Source: Antedon mediterranea
Taxonomy: Eukaryota; Animalia; Echinodermata
Assembly (NCBI RefSeq): GCF_964355755.1
Contig: NC_092671.1
Span: 17,050,001 to 17,114,000, forward strand
Direction of reading: 5' to 3'
DNA: 64,000 nucleotides
Shown here: positions 25,901 to 39,875 of the stretch, one piece after another
Position numbering within the stretch: position 1 is the stretch's first letter
Layout of the letters: the number at the start of each line of letters is the position of its first letter
Made by a program: the position numbers and the translations under genes
Notes under the pieces: model-generated
Told to the model about the DNA's origin: nothing
What the model saw: only the letters and a program-made list of their open reading frames with translations
Database searches by the model: none

Positions 25901-28900
25901 AATTATCTACTATCCGTATGCTATGGATTAAAACGGTTACATTAAGTGAAGTGTAACTACTAAAGTAATGTTATCGAGTAAAGGCGATTTAAAAAAAAAT
26001 ATTGGTCCAATTTGACGAAATGAAAAAAAAAAAATGTTCTTGTACCCTAGGTCTAATTTGACTTTGATTGGAAAAATATTCGTCATATTATATAATTAAA
26101 ACTATATCGAGAAAGGTAAATTTTCAAAACCAATGGTTCGTAAAGATAATTACCGCACGTGATGTCGTGCGTCACGTACGTGTTGCGCGCGTGCGTTCAT
26201 GTGCGATTTTTTTTAGGCCAGTTATCATGGTGATTTGTTACGATTACGAAGTTTTTTTCCAGCTTGCTTCCTTCCAATCCTGAGACGCTTTTAACAAAGT
26301 CGTCCCAACAACAAGCACGAACACTTGTAACATTCACTTGCGACATTCATAACAATTTACTATACACTGTACCAACGTTTTAATTTTATCCTGTTAGCGT
26401 CTTATTCCACCAACCTCGTTAAATAAACTCGATGTACCTTTTGGAGTATGTTTACAAAATAACAACAAGACATTAAGAGGATAATTCAATCGATATAACA
26501 AGCGATAACAACGACCGAACAATGAATAGCAATATGTTCTTATATATTTAAAGAGAGAACATAACAACCGAAGATAATAAAACATAACATAAATATGCAA
26601 AAGAACAAGTGCATACAATGACATTAGTCATGTGCCGTGTGAAAGCGCAAGTGTGTCAGAGATTATGGTGTGTAACTATACAGAGCAGAGGCAGTGTCGT
26701 GTGAACGCAAAATGTGCTATTACGGGCCGTGTCCACACCATTTGCATACAATAAACACATTGAATAGCCTAAAGAAATGTCTTTAGATGTTAAAATATAC
26801 GTTCATTAGTAACTTCAGGGAAGAGTAATGTAAATTCACCCTTCCCTGGTTTCACACAGTAAGTTCAGATGCATTCGTGTACCATTTAAAACCTCATACT
26901 CTGTTGGAAACCGGAATAAACAGTTAAGTGTAGTGTAGTGATTAATCAATCATAAAACAATATAACGGGACCTTTTGCATGGCAAAATAATAAACTTTAT
27001 TAATTACCAATTTCAGAAAATAAATTGCGTCGGGGAAACGAACGGAGAAAGGTAACGAACTGTGGCTCGTAATTATATAATAATCATATAATAATTTACA
27101 AAATAAAAATCAGAATTGTAAATGTATATATCTATCCTATAACTTTAAACATTAATCAAGAAAGGTTTTTAAAATCTGACAACTTTAACCATTATATAAA
27201 AACACCTCGATAAAAGTTATACAATTTGATTATATACAATAATGTACTGTCATATTAGGAACCTTATAACCAATTATTACTTATACATTTCATAATGTTA
27301 TTAATACACAGCAAAACAAACCACTATGTGTCTATAAGTTGGTTTACACACAGTGTCATATGCAATGGATAAACGTGAAACATAATAAATTTAAATGATT
27401 ACGAAATAAATACCATGATGATAAATATTCATGAAAATAAATGTTGATAACGTAGATATAATAAATGATGGTTACATTGGTGTTTTATGACCATGATGAA
27501 ACAGTGTAATGAATATGAGGATGATGACAAGGAGGAGGAGTTACCACGACTTAACACACATTTTACATGACAATTCTGACAAATAAGTAAATAACACAAT
27601 GTATACAACAACGAAAGAGCAACTATTTCTTAACACCCAACGAGTTACTGAAATACAGTAAAATCGTAATATTAATCACTATTATCACCCTAACCCGGAT
27701 AAGGATAATTGAAACTTAATTAAATTAAAGTATATTGCACTCTGATAATAGAGTTGAGTCATTTTAATCCTCATCAGCATCTCCCATTGAATGCGTATAA
27801 CTTATCGCTATATAATATATACCGACAGTGACACTTAGTTGACGAGCGCGTGCAAAAGTCGTTAATTTTGTATCCAATTTGAACGCCTGCGTACAAAAGT
27901 TGTACCGTGTCATCAATGTTCGCATGTAATACTCTGTACCGCGTGTCGCAGTCGATATATAAAATTACTTAAAGAATTCAACAATTATTTGGAATGATAA
28001 TAGAATACACTGAAAGAATACGATTGCAAATTGGAATTTGATAGTAAATAAATAAATAACCTTCAAGAAAACATCAATGCTTGCCATTCATGCTATAGAA
28101 TAATTTTTATATACAATTTAATCTTTATCATAACAAATAAATAGTTATATACTATATTTTTAAATCTTTTTATAATGACAAATAGCATCCCATAACCTGG
28201 ATGCGGAAAGTGTATATAGCTAAGTCCATATACAAATTGTATTATTTACAAGCTCTTAACTTACTGACTTCATACTCATTACCATATCTATTGTATGTTA
28301 CTATGGACATTGATTTAACAAAGAGTAAGTTTACTGTTACCATGGACAATGTACATCCATGATGTTACCATAAAGCATATGGGGGAAATTATATTTATTT
28401 CCTCAACGCACAAAGTTATCTAATGTATAGTTTGTTATCTCAAGACAATTACAAAAGGAGTAATATTTTTTCCGAAAATAATAATGAATAACGGGGAAAC
28501 AATTGATATAATAATGTTCTTCAGTAGAAATATATGCACAAATAGAAATACATGATGAATATAAGGGAAGTGGAAAAATGTAAAATCATTTTTTTTTTTT
28601 TCGGAAGAGGTTAGTGGATACAAAGCAGTAGCAGTAGATCTAGTATTAATAATAGAAACCTAGAAATAATTGTTTAAAGGTTTGCATGGCAAATAAACTA
28701 GTGAAGTATCTAAACTTTTTGCTTGTTATGCTACAACCCAACATTACTAGAAATACATTAAAATATTTTATAGCCCCCAAATTGAACTCATAATATTGAA
28801 TGTCGGGAAAATGAATGCTAGTTAGTTGGTGGAACAATTGTGTTGTGTAAAGATACTAAAATATAGTGAATAGTAATATTAATATTAATCAGCTCTAACA

Positions 28901-31891
28901 ACATAATAATGTTTACAGCAAAAATAATAAAAACATATATTGAATAATTTTAATCAATTCCGAATAAAACCAATAATAGCATGGATTACCATAAGAATGA
29001 TCTGAAAGAGGTTAAACAAGATTATACATTTTATTAGCATCCTCATAAAATGAAATTAATTTCTTCGGATCATGTCTTTCGAATAATAAATTTCAATCAA
29101 TAATTAGAGGTTTTGTGTGATGGGTAAACATGTCAACAGAACAATAATGCCATGCTCTGGAAAGATCAATTTACTATTTGTTTTTATCATCATAAATTGG
29201 TTACATGGTACGGACCGGAAAGGATGAAAATGTATTATACCCGACACTGAGGAGATAAAATTGGAGACAGAAAAAAAGTTTGAAAGAGTTTGATGCACGA
29301 GGCACTGTAAATAATGATGCGACAAATGAGTTTGATGGAGATTGAAGACAATTTTTAAAAAGAATGAAAAAAAAAAAAGAAGAAAAATAGGGAGATATGA
29401 ATAAAATTGATGATAACATAGAGGGATTGAATTGGAATAAGAGATTGTTAAAAAACAAAGACAATATCGAAAATGTATATGTTATGATACAAGCCTTCTT
29501 ATTGATTACAGTACTTTATACTATACGAAATCAGAATACGCTTTTAATTCAGCTAAATATACATAATAAAGGCGTAAATTAGTATAACTTAATGGAATGG
29601 TTGTCAATTACATATATTCCTCATGAAAATAATTTATTAATAATACTTATAAATATGACTAAATATAAATAATGAATGAAAGGCTTCAATTAATATCATT
29701 TTAATGGAATGCAAATGAGGAAGAAAGCATAAAGATTCTAGTTGATTAAACTATTTTGAAATATTAAAGTATTATAAAATACTGAACTTAAATAAGTAAA
29801 TAACACACAAAGAAAATCTAATAGACGGGGAAAAAAACCAAGGAAATTCATGGATCATTCCCATGGAATATAAAAATCATAAAGAAACTCACAGAAAAAA
29901 AAATGGAATTATAAATAAAGGAAAGACAACACCAGATTGGTGTTACCACAGAAAAATAACTAAGTACCTACTTTTATTTACTTGAGAATAAAAAATAGAC
30001 TTATGAAACTAAAAATCATTTTTCGATATAAAATATCAAATCATCATTTTTCAACTGATTACAGATGGTATTTTTCATATCTTTATGTACAAGAAATAAC
30101 TAATTCATTCATTCAATTTTTAGATATTATCTCAAATTAGGACAATTTATTCTCTCATCATATGTAAAGCTAAAGAACTAATTATCAACGTAAAATCAAT
30201 AACTTAGCCGATGTAATACAGAGCTGTTTGGTTTTTTTATGGGTTTCAATCAATGATTTTAGATTGGAATTATGAGCCCCTCAGCATGTGTGGCACTTAA
30301 ATTAAAATTTTACCTTACTATTCTCTTAGGCTTTATTATTGAATTTCTCTGAACATTACGATCGATGCTCTCACTGTGTGCTTGTTTCAGGCACATTATT
30401 TCATGTGATGTAATTCTACGTCATTCATTAAATGTTGATGACAGGTGGATGAAAACAACCTTAGCGATCAAAAGTGTTTAAATACAACTTAATCTAATTG
30501 TATATTGAAAACAAGATTATAAAAGATCCGCTGGCCGTATTCACCAATCAATGAGATACTTCCCTTAAATACTAAGTATTTCACTTAAGTCATTAATATT
30601 TAAGGATTTCTCTTAAGTGGTATTTACTTAAGATAGGAAAAAGTTAAGGTTGTTATACATTAGCCTAACTATGAATGGATACCAAATCAAATCTCAAATT
30701 TAATTAAGTGGAAAAAGTGTTAATCAAGGTGAAATGTATTTTGAAACTATTTTGAAACAAACTGTATAAACTGTTTGTAGAACAAGGTTTTAAAGTGCAT
30801 TTAATAAATATTATGAGATGAAAATAATAAGTAGACTTGTCTGAGTGAAGCAAATTAATTACAAGAGTGCAATATGTAAAAGAAGAGGATATTAGTCAAC
30901 AAGTACTATAATAATGCGATGCAATATTAGTCAAAGAAGGTAATTAATATAGATTTAGTGACAAATAGCCAATAATTAGTGATGATTTGACCTAAAAAAA
31001 GAGAAAAAAATACTTCTTTAACGAATTTAGCATAAATGGCTAATAACCAGGTTATTAATCTTAACCTGGCCATTCATTAGTAGTTCCTAAGTAAGCATGG
31101 AATATTAAGCCTGTATTAATTGTAAGGATTTCAGTAACACTGCATATATCAATAGTTGTTGTTTGAACTTCTAAAAAAAGCAACACTTTTTAGCTCTTCA
31201 TTTAGAGAAAATAGAGAGGGGTGGGGTGGGGAGGGGTGTGTAATAATAAACATTTGGTACTATATAAATATCTTGTTAATTGTTGGTATTATACCTAATG
31301 AATATTCATATGATTATCCATCAAACAAAAAATGGAAGGTAAACCTAAACAAATACAGCACTAATATAAATAATTAGCTACGTTGTATGTCAAATTGTAA
31401 ATCCTTAGGCACTAAAATGAAGTAGCTACCAATACCTTGTGTTTTCAATAAACATGTTTAAGCACTATCTTGAATTTATAAACCATAGCTACCTTGCAAT
31501 CAATGACAATAACTATACTTGCTAACCTAGAAACAAATTAAATAAATAAAAGACAAACATTATTTTAAAATTCTCTATAAAACACAGAATATGAATATGA
31601 ATAGAATTACCAAAACATTATTTCATTACAAATATATGGAACTAAACCAACAAGAACAATCAACAGAATAAATTACCAAAATAATTCTATAAAATCAGTA
31701 TACTTATACGTATAGAAAGATAATAAGAACAATATGAAAGAAAATAGGAACATTTGTGAAAGTTATGTATTCAAAAAAACAATTCTCATTCGTTAAAATG
31801 TTGTAATATGATTTGGGAATAATAGCCTAAACTATCCGAGACATTATTTATAGTACCAATTTATACTCCAGTTTGGATGTCTAAAGCGAAC

Positions 31892-32261
31892 GATTCAAAT
31901 GGCTGAGGGGCTAAGGCAGGGGCGCCGTTTACCGTACTTAAAGAGCGAACAATGAAAAAGAGGGAGCAATATTTGCATGGGTTCAAGGCCGACTTGCTTC
32001 TAGTTGTGGTGGTGGCACAAGTCTTCTCCGACAAAGACTATAAACCGTAGATCCAATGTACACAGTTATAGCTTGTGTGCACTTTAAAGAACCCAGTTTT
32101 TCATTCGAGACGAGTAGGGGGTTACTCCGGTAAAACTGGTTTACAAAATAATACATAAAAATGTATTAGGGGGATTACCACTTATCTGATAGGATAGTGA
32201 TTTATTTACTATAGGTAACCCTTGGCCATATGTGCCTAAGGACATAAAATAAATAAAATAA
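31892..32261 (+). mobile_element. tRNA-derived SINE with a Deu/Nin-type conserved domain
   Basis: A-box-like tggctgag.gg, B-box-like ggttcaaggcc, central gactataaaccgtag.tcc..gcactttaaagaaccc..gagtagggggttac.ccgg, and an A-rich tail. A second full copy lies at 47621-47960. Confidence 0.75.
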
Positions 32262-32763
32262 AGCTAAAACAGATGAGAGTATCAAACTAATTTGCATCTC
32301 AACGTTGGTAGTATTGCGATGAAATATGTATTTGTGACAGAATTATTATATTATGAAATAAAACATAAATCAAATGATAAATAAATAAATAAATAGAATA
32401 AAGTTACATTTCAGTACACAACCTATTTAAGTTTGACATACGATATTGACTGAATGTAAAAAAATAAATAAATTATACTGTCAATATGTAGTACGTTGTC
32501 TGAATAGGACTCTCATACGGAAGGACTAAAATAGCATCAAGAAATTCTGCCATTAAGTAGAATCTCTAGAAAAGACAAGACAAGAACCAATTAATTTTAA
32601 GTACACTATAATGTTGTAGCTTGAACACACATTATACCAAGAATTGTACATATTTCATAAGTCGTCTACTATACTCTATCTCAATATGCTATTAATTTTA
32701 ACAGCCTATTAGGGAAAACTGTTAATAATCATAAATAATAAACTAGTTAACAATTAATTGTAT

Positions 32764-33066
<303 letters not shown>

Positions 33067-34286
33067 CTATATTTCATATGGTTTCAAAACAGAAACAACA
33101 TAAATAATAGGTTTTATTGTTTTCTTTAAACTGTGTAAAGAACACTACAACATTTTGCCAATGTTCATATCTGTACACGTTTTATAAAAATTCTTTATAT
33201 TATATCAACTCATTTCTTACTATCACTAATATTAAGATAAGTTTTTTAAGTAAGCTGCTGCTTTAAGGATTTTTTCGAGAGTTTTTCCAACCTTCAGAAG
33301 TCCTTTATTGACACCGAAGTGTTTAAGGTGATATCGTGAATAATGTTGCCGAACTACCAACAGCAAAACAAAATTAAAATAAACTTCAGTTTGATAAAAA
33401 AAAACATTTGTGCATACATGTTTTGTTGTTACGCCGAAAAGCTCTCGCAAAAAATCTGTAAACGCAGCAGCTGATATAAACTAATTAAAAAATTGTAAAA
33501 CCTTCGGCGTATTTTCAAAATGTATATATGTAAGTTTTTTCAAATTGAAAAAATAGAGGTTTGTATCACATAAAATACAATAGTCAACAAGTTATTTCGT
33601 TCTATTGCAGGTGTCAAAATCAAGGAAACGTCATAGCGATTGAATCCACAGATAGTGGTATCATGGTGTGTTAGAACAGCAAGGCACACTTAGATAAAAC
33701 CAGATTAGTTTCATGCAAATTGAACTAAAGCAATTGCGATGTAACTTAATTGATCTCCCTGGAGGGATCGCAACCAATGCTTACACCCGTCGAACTTAAT
33801 GCAAGAGTGATGATGGGAGATGAGAATGATTAGTGCTAATTGGGCAAGATAATCACACAACTGACCTTCAAGGCACAGGCATGTTGTTGTCAAACGCCTA
33901 AATAACACTTTCAGTGCTTAAATTATGCCGCTAATAGATTCAGAATATTGATATTCAATTATCATGAACAATGTTTACAAATGCATCTTCACACTGGTGA
34001 AGGGTAAATTTATAGTACAATTAGTGTTCAGAATTGTTTCTAAGTTTCTAATTATTTTTTATTCTAAGAATCAACAACATAATATTCTAATTCAACCTAA
34101 TTTAATATACTAAATTAATTATACTGATAGTAATAACATAATAAGTACTGTAGTAATTAGTATATTATCATTTAATAATAATTTTTTTTCTCTCTTATGA
34201 TTTCTAAGACAAACAGATGCTTTTGTTGCAAATGCCATCCAAATTATTAATTCTTGTCATTATCGATTAAATGTATTATAATATAC

Positions 34287-34675
34287 AGCCCGGCGCACAC
34301 TATAGCTATCGGCTGAGCCAACTGGCACGAATAACACTTTGCTCACAGTGTGCGCCGGACAATTTGTGAGGAATCGGCCACGTGAGGAAAATATCTATCA
34401 TGTTTAATATTTGTCGTCATGCGTGTCATTTTCTTCAAGTGTACGCCGAATGTAAGCTAACAAACAGCTCACTAAAAAATTCCACTGCACATGCGTTCTA
34501 ATTTATTATAATATGTCAGCTCGCGCCATATACCGTAGTATTAGTAATTATCCAATCAGAAATTTAGTATGCGTCCAATAGAACACAATCACAGTTTTTT
34601 AGCAAATTTTTTAGGGACCAAAAAGTTATTCGTGCCAGTTGGCTCAGCCAATAACTACAGCGTGCACCGCAGGCT
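34287..34675. mobile_element. Harbinger-like MITE in the last ICA1 intron
   Basis: About 50-bp TIRs: agcccggcgcacactatagctatcggctgagccaactggcacgaataac / gttattcgtgccagttggctcagccaataactacagcgtgcaccgcaggct-tta. Confidence 0.7.
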
Positions 34676-34952
34676 TTAGACAATGTAAATGAAACTTTTT
34701 AAACAACTTTTTTTAAATTTTTAACTTTTAAGCTTAATATGCATTTTTATTGCATTTTAACTTCCAAATTGTAACTGCATTTTACAACTTAAGTTTCGTG
34801 CAATTATGTGTGTGTATTCTATAATATTTTTTTTTGTATTTTATATATTATCTGTTTTTTATTTGCTAATCTATAATATGAATTTCTATTGTTATTTTAT
34901 GATGATAAATAAAGCATTTCCGTCTTCAGTAATTTAGGCATCATCAACACAC

Positions 34953-35207
34953 CTGATTGTAATGACATTTGGTCCATACTTTGATTCACGTCTAGAAGCA
35001 TTGACGGTAGAAATTGAGCTGCTGATTCTGATATTCCCTCCTCTCCTATTATCAAACCAAAATCACCAAAGTATGACAGACTATCGCTTTGTCCAGAACT
35101 TTCACCGAACATTGGTATTGATGGCGTATTAAGAATCTCATTAAGTAGTTCCATGTCGTTGCGCTCTTTCTCGGTTTTACCCATTTGATCCTCCATTAAA
35201 AGGTCAC
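34953..35207 (-). CDS. ICA1: ICA1 coding exon 10
   Basis: tttccag|(G)DLLMEDQMGKTEKERNDMELLNEILN...AQFLPSMLLDVNQSMDQMSLQS+G|gtgtgt. Contains the ICA69 LL.EIL and FLPS.LLD motifs; 255 nt. Confidence 0.88.
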
Positions 35208-35270
35208 CTGGAAAAAAATGAACAATATAATATTATGTTTTTGTTTACATTATTCCTAATTTGAAACATC

Positions 35271-35898
35271 ATAAACAAAACAACATGAACAATAACAAGA
35301 ACAATGAATACAACAAGAACAATGAATACAACATGAACAATGAATACAACATGAACAATGAATACAACATGAATGATAACATGAACAATAATGACAACAT
35401 GAACGATAACATGAACGATAACATGAACAATGATGACAACTTGAACAATGGTGACAACATGAAAAATGACATGAACAATGACGATAACATGAACAATGAC
35501 AAAATGAACAATGACAACATGAACAATAATGACAACATGAACGATAACATGAACAATGATGACAACTTGAACAATGGTGACAACATGAAAAATGATAACA
35601 TGAAAAATGACATGAACAATGACGACAACATGAACAATGACAAAATGAACAATGACAACATGAACAATAATGACAACATGAACGATAACATGAACAATGA
35701 TGACAACTTGAACAATGGTGACAACATGAAAAATGATAACATGAACAGTGATGACATGAACAATGACGACAATATGAACAATGAAAACATAAACAATGAC
35801 AACATGAACAATGATAACATGAACAATGATGACAACATAAAATGATAACATGAACAATGATGACAACATGAACAGTGATGACAACATCAATGACAACA
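35271..35898. repeat. Intronic minisatellite (12-18-bp units, aacatgaacaatgac-like) with higher-order repetition
   Basis: Direct tandem array in units that are multiples of 3. It produces the N/D/M-rich and V/I/H-rich ORFs in the track. Confidence 0.95.
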
Positions 35899-37440
35899 TT
35901 TTGATATTAAAATTCTTGATTCATTAGAATCCCATAGAAAAGAATAATGTACAAACTTTATAGAATAAAATGTAAGTGCATTGATTATAAACATTAAATG
36001 ATTGAAGTAGAATAAACAATGTAGATTAGTGTGAGGTTAAGTAATGTTATAGGTCTACTAAAAGCCTACTTTTCTCTAAAGTAAACTAAGTGTTTAGCCA
36101 GGTATAAAATCATAGGACTCGTCTATGACATTTGAAAAAAGGATGATTGTAAGTCTTTCAGGTTTTAACCCTATTTTACTTCACTGTCAGGCCTCAACTG
36201 GAACTACAATATATACAAAGGGCTGGATTATACTTTTGTCAAATGTGGTAATTGAATTAAGATTACAATTTTACTAAACAAAATCTCTTTTTATGTTTGA
36301 TAATTTTTTTCCTCTACTATATCAGTCAGCGTATGTCAGTGTCTTTCTTTGGAAACTATTGTCACTAAAACCTATAATAGAATTGTAAATAAAGATGCCA
36401 TCCAGTTTTCGTCATACAATAGAAAACTTGAGTGGTGCATTAATTCTTGTATCCTACATATAGTTTATTATTGTATACTTCCGGCAAAATTTGTCATTAT
36501 ATATATTTTTTTTAATGTATTACCCCTGTGAGACAACTTACATTTCCCACATTGATTGAATTCTTTGTAAATGTACTTGTACTAATTGTTTTCACCTTTT
36601 GTGACTGACAATTTACCGGTGTGTATAAATTTTATTTTATTTTATTTTATTTTATTCAAACTCATTCAACAGCGGGAAACCCGCCCCTTACAGAATGGAA
36701 TAAACTATAACATATAAATATATATATAAATCTTAAAATCTAACAATACAAAATTATACAATTTTACTAATTTTATTACAAAAACAATTATAACGGTCAA
36801 AAAAGAGATCAATAGAATTATCTTTAACTACACAATTATTAAAGTATTCAAGTACTATTAATTTGCATTTTAATGTGATTCACGTCTTTCCATAACTTGT
36901 TAATCTTCTTACAACAGTCAATTAAGTCCTCTTAATTGGTCTTTCCATGTTGCATGAGATATTTAAGGACATGTAAGGGCGTGTGGCGCAGATCTGCGCT
37001 GCTGTTTGGGACAGTCCAATTCAGGCATTAAGGTGACACTTTCCTGTGAAACTGAAGAGGGGTGGGTAATGTATGCTTCAACCCTATTCAGGGGACAGCT
37101 CTATAGGGAACAATTGAGTCCTAAAGATGTCCTCTAAAGAGGGATAGTAAGTTATAATTAAGAAAACTAGGTGGACTACAACAATATTATACAAATAAAG
37201 TAAATGAGGAAGATAAATATTATGAGTTAGTTATCATCACTAGATAGATACAAGAAGGCATTAATTAGTGAAATGAAAACATTTTCATAGCCCATCACCA
37301 ACATCGTTAGGAAAAAATTAATAACCTCAATTACAATGAAAATCAATATAGAGAGATATAAGTAGATGATAAGGATACCGCTCAAGAAAAATAATAAAAA
37401 AGAATTCGCAATTAAAATAATTAGTTACGAATCTTCACAC

Positions 37441-37718
37441 CTGAGCTAAATACGCTTGGGGTATCCATGGTAACTGATGACAAATCTAAATCCAATAGGG
37501 ACACATCGTTATTTCCTCCTAAAATACTCAAATAGGCGCTCATCTCACCGTTATCATTTCTGGAATTGTCTGGATTTTCTAACACGGGGAGATTGTCTTG
37601 TCCGTTGCTTTGTTCGGTAGAATTAAACCTGCCCAGCACGTCTTCAAACTCACCCTTTTGCTGTATGTTTGGTAGATGTTTCTGAAGTTCACGAAGCTCG
37701 TCTTCAAATGATATTAGC
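37441..37718 (-). CDS. ICA1: ICA1 coding exon 9 (long form; alternative donor after 37654)
   Basis: ttcttag|(R)LISFEDELRELQKHLPNIQQKGEFEDVLGRF...SLLDLDLSSVTMDTPSVFSS+G|gtgtga; 278 nt, phase 2/1. Confidence 0.72.
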
Positions 37719-38009
37719 CTAAGAAAAAATGTAAATCATAAATTTATATTATTCTTTAGTATTTATAAAAAAAAACACATTATTATTATTACAAATGACT
37801 GTTTATTATATTCCATTCTAATGTCTGTCAATAATGTACGGACGTAACTTGTACAAATCCAATGGTACAAATTAATGTTTCAAAACACAAAATCTAAACT
37901 GAATGAATTAATTTTTTAGTTAATTCCTACTGCATTATTTCAACTGCAACAAGTTAAGCTGATTTAATGAAACCAGTTTGTACACTGTAAAAAGAAACAA
38001 AAAATATAT

Positions 38010-38270
38010 TCTCAAAAAAAACATGAAAAATGAAGATTAATAAATCAATTTGTGAATAAACCATATTTCAGTTTTAATAAAGTTATTCACTTCCCTAGAA
38101 AAAAAAAAAAAATGATTTTATTCAAAAACAATTGTCTGAAAGACAATTTCACTATTTTTTGCTTTATATTACAATTTTTTTTATGTAAATTATTATTTTT
38201 TTTAATCCAAATTTTTTGGTCAACTTCAATAACTATTATGTGACAACAAAACAATATTTTAAACGATATT
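38010..38270. mobile_element. Degenerate internal fragment of the same Kolobok-like MITE
   Basis: aaaacatgaaaaatgaagat..gttttaataaagttattcacttcc..ataactattatgtgaca matches 536-805. The TIRs are lost. Confidence 0.55.
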
Positions 38271-38343
38271 TTTTGCCAGCGTGACAATATATGTCAATTA
38301 TTACAGAAATCACATTCCATTATTTTACACAGTTTTTCAGTAC

Positions 38344-38450
38344 CTGTCCCTTTCATTTTCTTCATTTCCTTCCTCTTCTTTTACTTCTTCTGCTTCATTG
38401 TTTTGTTCTTCTTTATCATCTGATGACTTTTTCCCATTTTCTGCTAACTC
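38344..38450 (-). CDS. ICA1: ICA1 coding exon 8 (acidic linker)
   Basis: ttttaaag|ELAENGKKSSDDKEEQNNEAEEVKEEEGNEENERD+AG|gtactg; 107 nt, phase 0/2, which fits both neighbours. Confidence 0.75.
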
Positions 38451-39002
38451 CTTTAAAACAATCACACATTTATATTAGAATTTGTTACATATAATTTCCA
38501 CAAAAATATTATACATGTAAATGTTATGAATATAGTAATAAAAAATCGATTAATATATATTTATAAAAAATATGTGCTTTAAGAATATACTCTTTTAAAA
38601 AAATATAAATAAATTGCTCAATCATGAAACTCCTGTCTACACTACCAAAATGTATGCATACTGATGTCATATCACTACCATATTTGGGCACATCACATAA
38701 AGACAGAGCTTAAGATACATTGATACCACCAATAGAAAATGATATATAAAACAAAGTGATAAATTTAGATAGGTCAGTCCCACTATCAGTCCCAAATGTA
38801 TTAATTAGGAACAAGCAAATTCATATAATTTTACATAATTAATAACAATTTGAGGTTATCACAAACAACAGTTTTTCTAATAGAGATTATTGATACAATA
38901 TATATATATATATATATTATTATTTTTCCTATTTTAACATCTATTAACTAGGCTAACTGATCAACTAACAAAAATACTATACATGTACAGTACTAATACT
39001 AT

Positions 39003-39416
39003 CAAAGAACTTATAACACAAGAATCTCCTGTTCTTCAATTTGCATTCAAAACACAGTATCGGAAGTACAGGGTTAAAAGGTCAAACTGGGCGACGCCAT
39101 TTCACAGCATGGAGCAGCGCCCCCTCCAAACTAGGAAGTCAATTACTCTACCCCCCCCCCCTAGAGTATTAGCAGATCCCCTCTATGATTTTGACTTTCT
39201 AATTTGATGCGGGCGCCCTACTCCTCAGTAAATTACTCTATCCCCCCTAGAGTAGTAGCAGATCCCCTCTATGATTTTGACTTTCTAATTTGATGCGGAC
39301 GCCCTACTCCATGGCTCACAATGGCACCACCCATTAGCTCTATTCTATCCCACAATGCCTTTCGAAATTGTTACGCGCTTTGGACGAACAGGAGATTCTT
39401 GGTTATAAGTTCTTTG
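39003..39416. mobile_element. P-superfamily-like non-autonomous element
   Basis: About 31-bp TIRs CAAAGAACTTATAAC(A)CAAGAATCTCCTGTTC ... GAACAGGAGATTCTTGGTTATAAGTTCTTTG with an exact 7-bp TSD ATACTAT (38996-39002 and 39417-39423). An internal tandem duplication of about 90 bp lies at 39141-39310. Confidence 0.75.
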
Positions 39417-39579
39417 ATACTATATTATAGATTTGTAGATGTAGGCCAAATGAGTGCTGGATTTAATGGGATCTACTGTTAAATCTTTTGAATTGATTAG
39501 GTCATAAATATTTGTCCTAAGTGAACTCTAAAAATGATTATCCTAAATATCTAGCTCTATATGCCATAGGCCATATATT

Positions 39580-39875
39580 TTTTACTTCACTTTTAATAAA
39601 ACCATAGACATGTTTTTTTCCGTCAACCTATAGAGAATTTAATCTATATTTCATTTTGTTTAAGAATGTACCGTTAAGATAAAAATGTAGTATGGTATTT
39701 TGTTTACACTAGGTATGTTCATCCTAATAATTATTTCACTTTTAATAAACCATAAACAAATGTTTTGCCCTCAAACTATACAGAATTGAATTTATATTTC
39801 AAGATAGTTATTTGTTTAAAAATGTACCGTTAAGATAAAAATGCAGTGTTGTTTTTGTTTTACACGTAGGTATCA
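39580..39875 (+). repeat. Tandem duplication, about 150 bp x2
   Basis: ttcacttttaataaa..ccata..aatgtaccgttaagataaaaatg..tacac.taggtat occurs twice. Confidence 0.75.

Noticed and set aside
28700-30000. Possible highly decayed LINE ORF2 on the + strand
   Set aside because: Only faint motif echoes in A-rich sequence. Not supportable without BLASTX.
35204-35899. 194-231-aa Asn-rich or hydrophobic ORFs
   Set aside because: Translations of an intronic minisatellite whose units are multiples of 3.
36630-37030. Possible minus-strand LINE 3' end (stem-loop gcgggaaacccgc, similar to 49440-49490)
   Set aside because: Suggestive, but too degenerate to classify by eye.
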